Positions 37,511-48,321 of a stretch of 64,000 bases of DNA are shown piece after piece (within the stretch, counting starts at the first letter, position 1; every line of letters starts with the position of its first letter). The notes beneath the pieces are model-generated. The model saw nothing but the letters and a program-made list of their open reading frames with translations, ran no database searches and was not told the DNA's origin. The position numbers and the translations under genes are program-made. Origin of the DNA: Macrostomum lignano (lineage: Eukaryota); the NCBI GenBank assembly GCA_002269645.1, contig NIVC01001658.1, positions 66,139-130,138 of the forward strand. The letters run 5' to 3'.

Positions 37511-38589
37511 GAAGTTGTCTAATGCCTTCTAAAATTAAGATGCTCTCAACAAATGCTACTCCAGCTCTACAATTATCACTTCACTATCCAATCCAATCTT
37601 TGACTTTATTTGATTAAACTATTTTTTTGCGCCTACAATTTTTTTTGTTTGTTTTTCGATTTCTTCAATCTTAACAAAGCAATGCGGCCTATTGACATGT
37701 TTTTACCCTCTACATAACATAGCATAGCTGATTTGGTAAGCTGGGGAAAGTATTTTCTCATGTTACCATGCAATACACTTCAAAATGTAGTTATCGCTCA
37801 GTTACATTGTGTTGTGACTCAAACTTCGGAATTTTTTCTATTGTAGCTCGTAGTTCGAGTTTTTTGTGCAATTTTGTGTCTGACACGGGTGAATTTTGAT
37901 TTATGATTATTTTTGCTGGATCTTTGTTCATTTTTTGAGCAACTGTTGCGTTTTCTAAGAAATGAAAGATTCGCTTTTGAGCAGCTCTGAATGTGGTGTA
38001 ACAAAAGTATGTTGCTTGCATTCCCACCATGCTACTGACAGTTTGCCATTTCACAAGTAGCATGATAAGGATATTGATACATTCAAATTTATTCAGTTTC
38101 AATTTCGCTTTTACAGTTTCAATAGAATTCCAATCGAGTTCTGCTACTATCAAGTAGCTGTTTGCAAATATCTACGTTGCAATAAAATATTCTAATTTGC
38201 CAGTGGGTTTTTTAATTCCTTGAGAATTGAAAGATTTATTTTTTGTTGTGGCTATCAATGTGAGTATTGTATTATTGCTGTTGTCATTTTGTTTAACCGT
38301 ATTAAAAAGTGGCTGATTTGAATTTGGTTAAGTTATATTTTTGTCTGTGTTTTTTTACTGTTTTTTGGCAATAATATTACATGGTACAGTGATACATATA
38401 GAGCTGATAGTAGTAACATGAGTCCGTTTTTTGCATAAATTATATTGCTGCTGGCACTGCTCGAATATTTTATAGTATCGTGTCTTTTTGCTTTTTCTTG
38501 AATCTTTGGAGCTAAATTCAACTTAGAGAATGTTTTTAAGGTACGAGGTATAGGGTCAAGCTGTTAGATATGACGCCAAGTTGTTATGG

Positions 38590-41235
38590 GTGTTGAAACT
38601 AAACAGGGTGTTAGACACGACGCTAAACAGCGTGTTAAACACGACACTAAAAAGGTGTTAGACACGGTGTTAATATGCGTTAGGCACGACGCTAAACAGG
38701 GTGTTAGACACGGTGTTAATATGTGTTAGACACGACGCTAAACAGGGTGTTAGACACGGCATTAAACAGGGTGTTAGACACGACGCTAAACAGGGTGTTA
38801 GACACGACGCTAAACAGGATGTTAGACACGGAGCTAAACAGGGTCTTAGACACGACACTAAACAGGATGTTAGACACGGAGCTAAACAGGGTCTTAGACA
38901 CGACGCTAAACAGGGTGTTAGACACGACGCTAAACAGGGTGTTAGACACGGTTTTGAATATGTGTTAGACACTACGCTAAACAGGGTGTTAGACAGGGCA
39001 CTAAACAGGGTGTTAGACGGGGTGTTAAATATGTATTAGACACGACGCTAAACAGGGTGTTAGATACGGTGCTAAACAGGGTGTTAGGCACTGCACTAAA
39101 CAAGGTGTTAGACACGGTGTTAATATGAGTTAGACACGACGCTAAACAGGGTGTTAGACACGTCACTAAACAGTGTGTTAGACAAGGCACTAAACAGGGT
39201 GTTAGGCACGGCACTAAACAGGGTGTTAGAAACGGCACTAAGCAGGGTGTTAGACACGACGCTAAACAGGGTGTTAGACACGACGCTAAACAGGGTGTTA
39301 GACACGGCACTGAAAGGTGTTAGACACGACGCTAAACAGGGTGTTAGATACGGTGCTAAACAGGGTGTTAGGCACTGCACTAAACAAGGTGTTAGACACG
39401 GTGTTAATATGAGTTAGACACGACGCTAAACAGGGTGTTAGACACGTCACTAAACAGTGTGTTAGACAAGGCACTAAACAGGGTGTTAGGCACGGCACTA
39501 AACAGGGTGTTAGAAACGGCACTAAGCAGGGTGTTAGACACGACGCTAAACAGGGTGTTAGACACGACGCTAAACAGGGTGTTAGACACGGCACTGAAAG
39601 GTGTTAGACACGACGCTAAACAGGGTGTTAGACACGGCACTGAAAGGTGTTAGACACGACGTTAAACAGGGTGTTAGGCACGGCACTAAACAGGGTGTTA
39701 GACGGGGTGTTAAATATGTATTAGACACGACGCTAAACAGGGTGTTAGACACGACGCTAAGCAGGGTGTTAGATACGGTGTTAAATATGTGTTAGACACG
39801 ACGCTAAACAGGGTGTTAGACACGACGCTAAGCAGGGTGTTAGACACGGCACTAAACAGGGTGTTAGACACGACGCTAAACAGGGTGTTAGACAGGACGC
39901 TAAAAAGGGTGTTAGACACGGTGCTAAACAGGGTGTTAGGCACGGCACTAAACATGGTGTTAGACACGGTGCTAAACAGGGTGTTAGGCACGGCACTAAA
40001 CAAGGTGTTAGACACGGTGTTAATATAAGTTAGACACGACGCTAAACAGGGTGTTAGGCACGGCACTAAACAGGGTGTTAGACGGGGTGGTAAATATGTA
40101 TTAGACACGACGCTAAACAGGGTGTTAGACACGACGCTAAACAGGGTGTTAGACACGACGCTAAGCAGGGTGTTAGACACGGTGTTAAATATGTGTTAGA
40201 CACGGCACTAAACAGGGTGTTAGACACGACGCTAAGTAAGGTGTTAGACACGACGCTAAACAGGGTGTTAGAAACGGCACTAAACAGTGTGTTAGACACG
40301 GCACTAAACAGTGTGTTAGACACGGCACTAAACAGGGTGTTAGGCACGGCACTAAACAGAGTGTTAGAAACGGACTAAACAGGGTGTTAGACACGACGCT
40401 AAACAGGATGTTAGACACGACGCTAAACAGGGTGTTAGACACAGGGTGCTAAACAGTGTGTTAGACACAGCACTAAACAGTGTGTTAGACACGGCACTAA
40501 ACAGGGTGTTAGAAACTACGCTAAACAGTGTGTTAGACATGGCACTAAACAGTGTGTTAGACACGGCACTAAACAGGGTGTTAGGCACGGCACTAAACAG
40601 GGTGTTAGACACGGCACTAAGCAAAGTGTTAGACACGACGCTAAACAGGGTGTTAGACACAGGGTGCTAAACAGTGTGTTAGACACGGCACTAAACAGTG
40701 TGTTAGACACGGCACTAAACAGGGTGTTAGGCACGGCACTAAACAGGGTGTTAGAAACGGCACTAAGCAGGGTGTTAGACACGACGCTAAACAGGGTGTT
40801 AGACACGACGCTAAGCAGGGTGTTAGACACAGGGTGCTAAACAGTGTGTTAGACACGGCACTAAACAGTGTGTTAGACACGGCACTAAACAGGGTGTTAG
40901 GCACAACACTAAACAGGGTGTTAGAAACGGCACTAAGCAGGGTGTTAGACACGACGCTAAACAGGTGTTAGACACGACGCTAAGCAGGGTGTTAGACACG
41001 GCACTAAACAGGGTGTTAGAGACGGTGTTAAATATGTGTTGGACACGGCACTAAACAGGGTGTTAGAGACGGTGTTAAATATGTGTTGGACACGGCACTA
41101 AACAGGGTGTTAGACACGACGCTAAATAAGGTGTTAGACACGACGCTAAACAGGGTGTTAGACACAGGGTGCTAAACAGGCTCTTAGACACGACAGTTAA
41201 CGCGGCGCAAAACAGATGTTAGACACAGCATATTA
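38590..41235. repeat. 24-bp minisatellite CTAAACAGGGTGTTAGACACGRCR
   Basis: Directly visible, about 2.6 kb. Confidence 0.97.
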
Positions 41236-41589
41236 GCTTTATTTAGCGCCATCAGGCTTTACACACAGTTATATTTTCTGTTCTTATATGAAATTAATAC
41301 TAGTACATACTGCTCTTCAAAGGCATTCATACTATAATTTCTGAATGAGTCAGTTCGTTCCCTGTTAAAATATTTTCTCGTAGAAGCGACACAATCAGAC
41401 GCCACTGCAGTTTGGTGCTACTTTGAACACCAACCAGCGTTTTATGTAGCGGAATCTTGCATGCCCTGCGCTAGGCTCAAGCTGAAGAGACTCTCTCATT
41501 TTTCCATGCGATTCGTCTTTTAACTGGGCTTGTGTTTTATTTCAGTAGACTACTATGAGATAAAGAAGGAAAGAAGGACAGGCACTCGG

Positions 41590-41735
41590 GACTGACACTA
41601 AGACTGACACTTAGTGCTGACACTAAGACTGACACTTAGTGCTGACACTAAGACTGACACTTAGTGCTGACACTAAGACTGACACTTAGGGCTTACACTA
41701 AGACTGACACTTAGTGCTGACACTAAGACTGACAC
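41590..41735. repeat. 25-bp repeat ACTAAGACTGACACTTAGTGCTGAC
   Basis: About 5-6 copies; ACTAAG/CTTAGT stem. Confidence 0.9.
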
Positions 41736-41742
41736 TGAAACA

Positions 41743-42257
41743 AGTATTGGTTTTGTCAGCCTAACTGAGAATAAAGCCATCCAAAGTGAGAATCCTGCCT
41801 ACGCTGACTGCGAAGGGCCTGGCTGCGTGCAGCCTTAGTCTATGGGCCATAGACTATAAAGGACAAGCAAAGTGATAAAAAGCCATCCAATGTGAGAATC
41901 CTGCCTACGCTGAATACGAAGGGCCTGGCTGCGTGCAGCCTTAGTCTATGGGCCATAGACTATAAAGGACAAGCAAAGTGATAAAAAGCCATCCAATGTG
42001 AGAATCCTGCCTACGCTGAATACGAAGGGCCTAGCTGCGTCCAGCCTAGTCTATGAGCCATAGACTATAAAGGACAAGCAAAGTTTTAAAAGACCAATCG
42101 ATTCTCACATTGGATGGCTTTTTATCACTTTGCTTGTCCTTTATTGTCTATGGCCCATAGACTAAGGCTGCACGCAGCCAGGCCCTTCGCAGTAAGCGTA
42201 GGCAGGATTCTCACTTTGGATGGCTTTGTTCTCAGTTGGGCTGACAAAACCAATACT
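41743..42257. mobile_element. foldback/MITE-like element with about 158-bp inverted arms and an internal 106-bp tandem trimer
   Basis: 41743-41900 is the near-perfect reverse complement of 42100-42257; 106-bp unit marked by GCCATCC at 41776, 41882, 41988; no convincing TSD. Confidence 0.65.
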
Positions 42258-43154
42258 AAAACAGAGTACAGACACTACATACAGACACTGCAGACAGTCA
42301 CTAAAGAAAGACACTAAGACTGTCAGTAAGACACACCGAGACAGACACTAGGACAGACGCTACAGACAGACACTGAAACAAACCCTACAGACGGATACAA
42401 AGACAGACACTGAGACAGACCGACACAGACAGACACTGAGACAGACCCTACAGACAGACCCTACAGCAGACCCTACAGACAGACACTACAGACAGAAACA
42501 TTTGTTGAAAATATTGCATGCTACCCGGCCTGCTTGTTAGCAGCATGCAGGCGCTGAGGCTGAAGTGTGTTAACCGAAGTGCAACTAAGAAGGATCAGAG
42601 AGAGAGAGAGAGAGAGAGAGAAAGGCAGGGCCGCAGCAACCAACCGATGAACCAACATGCAGAGCCAAGCCTGCAGCACTTCATCTTCGGACAGATTTTA
42701 CCCCAGCTCTGACCCCTAGCGTACATGCAGACCATGCAGTCAACCAAAGCCAACCACCTCAAGCTGACGGGGGTTTACCAGCTTAGTTGCGATGGCATGT
42801 TGATAAATTGATGCTGCAGCATATTTCGGTAACCAGTCAGTCAGGAAGGTGCTTTAAATTCCTTAGCATTTTGCCGCACCCTCAGTCGGATTCAAGTTAA
42901 AGTGATTGTGAGAGGAAATCAATTCAAATAATTATTCTTGTTTTGAAACTGAGATGGCCCAGCATCAACAGCATCAGCATCAGCAGCCGGCCCCGCCTCC
43001 GCCTCCACCAATTAGGACTACGGCGGAGCTGCAGCATCATAAGTGAGTTTTTGGGTTGACATTCGATGGATCTGCTGTTATGGAGCGAAGTTTTTAGCTG
43101 TCTCGTTTTAATATCTATAATTTTACTTGTACATCAAGGTTTCATCTTCATGGC

Positions 43155-43470
43155 AATCTCTGCCTACTCTCCTCTCTCCTCTGCATACTCTCCTCTGTCC
43201 TCTGCCTACTCTCCTCTGTCCTCTGCCTACTCTCCGCTGTCCTCTCCGTACTCTTCTCTCTCGTGTCCTAACTCTCCTCTCCTCTGCCCTATCTCCTCTC
43301 TCCTCTCTCCTCTGCATACTCTCCTCTCGTCTCTCCTCCCTTCTCTCTTCCCTCTCCGCTCTCCCCTCTCCTTTCACCCCTCACCTCTCTCCTCTCATCT
43401 CTCTCTCTTTTCTTCTCTCTTTCTTTCTCCTCCCTTCTCTCCTCTCTATCTTTTCGTCTCGTCTCTTATT
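43155..43470. repeat. CT-rich low-complexity tract
   Basis: CTCTCCT-type degenerate units. Confidence 0.85.
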
Positions 43471-44429
43471 CCCTATCACATTTTCACCTGTTTACACCTG
43501 TTATTCAAAATGACCTGGAACATTGCCAAACAATCTTTGACTAATATTTCAATTATAAAAGCTTGTGTGTCATGATTTGGTACATTAACTTTAACCATAT
43601 TTTTATTGGCAAGGCCGCACAATCATTTGAACAAGCGATGAATATATAGATAATTCTGTAGGTGTAAACACAGCTTGCATGAAGTGTCAATGCAGTATAC
43701 CTACAGGGTAATAAAACCTTTAACCTTAATAATATCGTTGGGCTTATATTTTGATATATTTTATTGCTATATTTAGCGGTTTTAAGGAACTTCGGGTTTC
43801 CAGGGAATTTCGTGTTTCCAGGGAAACTGCACGCGGGTCTAAGAATAGTCGGAACAACAAATAAATATAATCAAGTATTTTTGAATTAAACAATATTTGC
43901 TTTGTTAAGATGCAAGTTTTAAAAAGCCTGCATAAAAACATTCTAGATTTTTAAGAATCTTTGAGTAAAATTTCACTGAAGCCTTTAAAAGCTTATCTAG
44001 CTTAGCAATGCTTGAGCTCTTTATTCCCTGTGCTTCAACTTGTTTCAATATCAGCTCAACTATATCAAGTCTATTTAAAAGTATATTTTGCAAACCATTG
44101 AGCAATCGATCGGTGACAATGCCCTGCTCAGTACGTACGGAGTTTATTGATTGATTTGACCCCCAGAACAGGTGGCACCAAATGCATTTTTTTAAACGCG
44201 TGGGTGCTTTAAAGCTATTATACTAGTATTTTCATTTTTCGCTTTAGTTTCAGCATTGGATTGACATTTTATTAAAGTAGTACTACTAATAGTAGCTTTA
44301 ATGGACATTACCTGCATATGCATCCCGTATTTATAGTGCTCACTAATTCTATACTCAAAATTGTAAAGTATCTAGGCGTAGAGTCCTAGAAAATTGTTTA
44401 CATCTAATCGGAAATACATAAGTACATCA

Positions 44430-45210
44430 ATCAACCAATCAAAGACGCATTATCCCCAATCGAAGACACATTATCCCGAATCGAAGACACATAATCACCA
44501 ATCAAAGACACATTATCACCAATCAAAGACGCATTATCCCCAATCAAATACACATTACTCCTAATCAAAGACACATAATCCTCAATCAAATACACATAAT
44601 CATCAATCAAATACACATAATCATCAATCAAAGACACATTATCCCCAATCAAATACACATTATTCCCAATCAAAGACACGTAATTCTCAATCAAAGACCC
44701 ATTATCCCCAATCAAATACACATTATCCCCAATCAAAGACACGTAATTCTCAATCAAAGACACATTATCCCCAATCGAAGACACATTATCCCCAATCGAA
44801 GACACATTATCCCCAATCAAAGACGCATTATCCCCAATCAAAGACGCATTATCCCCAATCAAATACACATTACTCCCAATCAAAGACACATAATCCTCAA
44901 TCAAATACACATAATCTTCAATCAAAGACACATTATCACCAATCAAAGACACATTATCCCCAATCAAATACACATTATCCCCAATCAAAGACACATTATC
45001 CTCTATCAAATACACATTATCCCCAATCAAAGACACACTATCCTCTATCAAATACACATTATCCCCAATCAAAGACACATTATCTCCAATCAAAGACACA
45101 TTATCCCCAATCAAAGACACATTATCACCAATCAAAGACACATTATTCCCAATCAAAGACACATAATCCTCAATCAAAGACACATCCCCTAATTGAAGAC
45201 ACATTATCTC
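44430..45210. repeat. 21-bp minisatellite CCCCAATCAAAGACACATTAT
   Basis: Directly visible. Confidence 0.96.
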
Positions 45211-45649
45211 TCATCCAAGACACACACTATTCTGTCTGTTCTTCAGTCAAGATGTTGAGAAGCCCTCTTCAAAATGACTGCAGGCGCACAAGACTGTTAT
45301 CAGACATCTTTCTCTCTATAATGTTGAAACGTGTAAGTTAATAATTAAAGTGGACAAAGTGAAGTATAGGAGCGAAAAAGAGATGGGATTCTGTTTGACT
45401 GTTAGAGATGTTGATAGGCTTCTTGAGGGGGCGAATGCTCTGGCTGGGATCACGTGATGCAAGCCCTCATCAATTCTAAGAGCCTGAAGCTCTATGTGAG
45501 TGGGTTATTCTGCTATTTCTTGAGTAATTTCTAAATCTGCATGTCAGATAATTATTGCCTCGAATCCCTTTTAATCTCTTGCTGAGACTATCGCGTTTAG
45601 AAACTACTTCTGCCTATCATGGCGGCTTCGGATATGCCCCAACTCTGTT

Positions 45650-46201
45650 GGTCTATCTCTCTTGGTCTATCTCTCTCCCTTGGCGTACCTTGCTCTCTTG
45701 GTCTATCTCTCTTGGTCTATCTCTCTTGGTCTATCTCTCTTGGTCTATCTCTCTCTTGGTCTATCTCTCCCTTGGCCTATCTCTCTCTCTTGGCCTATCT
45801 CTCTCTCTTGGCCTATCTCTCTCTCTTGGCCTATCTCTCTCTCTTGGCTTATCTCTCTCTCTTGGCCTATCTCTCTCTCTTGGCCTATCTCTCTCTCTTG
45901 GCCTATCTCTCTCTCTTGGCCTATCTCTCTCTCTTGGCTTATCTCTCTCTCTTGGCTTATCTCTCTCTCTTGGCCTATCTCTTTCTTGGTATATATCTCT
46001 CTTGGTCTATCTCTCTCTTGGCCTATCTCTCTCTCTTGGCCTATCTCTCTCTCTTGGCCTATCTCTCTCTCTTGGCCTATCTCTCTCTCTTGGCCTATCT
46101 CTTTCTTGGTATATATCTCTCTTGGTCTATCTCTCTCTTGGCCTATCTCTCTCTCTTGGCCTATCTCTCTCTCTTGGCCTATCTCTTTCTTGGTATATAT
46201 A

Positions 46202-46275
<74 letters not shown>

Positions 46276-46451
46276 GGTCTATCTCTCTCCCTTGGTCTAT
46301 CTCTCTCCCTTGGTCTATCTCTCTCCCTTGGCCTATCTCTCCCTTGGTCTATCTCTCTCCCTTGGCCTATCTCTCCCTTGGCCTATCTCTCCCTTGGTCT
46401 ATCTCTCTCTTGGCCTATCTCTCTCTCTTGGCCTATCTCTTTCTTGGTATA

Positions 46452-46522
<71 letters not shown>

Positions 46523-46665
46523 TGGTCTATCTCTCTCCCTTGGTCTATCTCTCTCCCTTGGTCTATCTCTCTCCCTTGGCCTATCTCTCCCTTGGTCTAT
46601 CTCTCTCCCTTGGCCTATCTCTCCCTTGGCCTATCTCTCTCTTGGTCTATCTCTCTCTTGGCCTA

Positions 46666-46731
<66 letters not shown>

Positions 46732-46751
46732 TCTATCTCTCTCTTGGCCTA

Positions 46752-46828
<77 letters not shown>

Positions 46829-46990
46829 TCTCTCTCCCTTGGCCTATCTCTCTCTTGGTCTATTTCTCTCTTTGTCTACCTCTCTCTCTTCGCCTATCTC
46901 TCTCTTGCTTGTCTCTCTCTATGTATCTCTCTTTGACTGTCTCTCTCTTAGTCTATCTCAGCTGTGTCTATCTGGGTATATCTCTTTTTC
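45650..46990. repeat. TTGGYCTAT(CT)n compound mini/microsatellite
   Basis: Directly visible; source of SL-rich pseudo-ORFs. Confidence 0.96.
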
Positions 46991-48097
46991 TGATAATGTT
47001 TTCTTCATTTTTATTTCCATCTACCTACCAGTATGTCTCACTGTTGTTTACTAATTCCAATTTCACCTGTTAGAAAAGTTGTAGCAATCAGACTAATAGC
47101 CATGTTAGAAAAAGATTGCAAGTAGGGTAATGACTTTTGGGATATCTGCATGATGATTACGGGATCTAGAATCAAACTTTATGCTTGTTATTCCATTAAT
47201 GGGCAAATGGGTGTAGTCAGTAGGTTACTTCGTATGCAAGCTTTCTTCATTTATTCATTCAGTTCAAGTATGCGCGCCATGGATGATAAAAGCAGTCCTA
47301 ACCAAGTCTCTGCATTTAGTGATCCATGGTGCACCGGTTGGAGATCTCGGTACAGCCAGGGATCGAGAGATAGCCAAGGCCATGAAAATCGCTCTATCTC
47401 CCAAATCCCATTCACCCAACCCCAACTCCCAAAGCAGAGATCTGCCTGCTGGCATGTTCCTCGCTCAATTCATGCAAGTCAGTTTCTCGTCTCTCCCTCC
47501 CTCCCCCGGGGGTCCCTGGATGGGGAACACGATCCCTCTGCACGCGACGAGGAGTTCTAGAATAAATATATCATTAAATTATGGATCTATGTTTGAGGGG
47601 GGGGGGGCTATGCCTGAGCGACAGGGTGGCAGAGAGGAGAGGGAGACACGGAGACAAAAACGGAACGGGGGGTTGATGAAGTGCAGGGGAGGGGGGTAGA
47701 AGTGGTCCCTGGGGTTGCCCACACTGTACAAGCTAGGCAGCTTGGCCGATTTCACCGCGCTCTTCTCTTCCCTCTCTCTCTCGCTCTGTCGCTCTCCGCC
47801 GTTCGTTCCAGTAAACCCTTTACCGCAAACCCCTTCGTTTCTCCTCTCCTCTCCTCTCCTCCTCGCTCTCTCGCTGTCTTTTCCCCCTCCGTCTGCAGTC
47901 GCCCACCATATTAATCACCCACCTGCGAGCCCCAACCCCCAATCCCAATCTCTCCCCTCTAACAGACAGAAATTCATTCATTTCTCATTGCTCTCCACTC
48001 GCCCTTGTCATCTAAGCTCTTTCTATTCCGTTAGACAAGTTAATCTGTCGTGTCATCCAAAAAAGTCACAATTACAAGCAAAACCTTACCGACAATT

Positions 48098-48321
48098 ATG
48101 TCTCTACTCGTTGATGAGAACAGTTTCGGAGAGACGTCCACCGATCCGGACGAACCACAGACGCGAAACACCTTCAACGCAGCTTCGTGCACCGTCAAGT
48201 ACGTCACTGTCTACTTGGACAGGGCCGAGGTCTGTCGGATTCTCCGACCGAAGGTGCACGCTGGTGAAAATGAAATCCTTGTTCGAGGACTGACGCCCGC
48301 TATTGATAAGGATTCCATCAG
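48098..48321 (+). CDS. DUF4140/4139 gene exon 1 (MSLLVDENS...IDKDSIR)
   Basis: acaattATG start; AG|gtgagg donor, phase 2. Confidence 0.88.

Noticed and set aside
35343-47073. [23 protein letters not shown] and SL-rich ORFs
   Set aside because: All are translations of tandem repeats.
47150-47914. Overlapping short ORFs upstream of the DUF4139 gene
   Set aside because: No recognisable homology or coherent splice pattern; probably promoter, UTR or decayed repeat.
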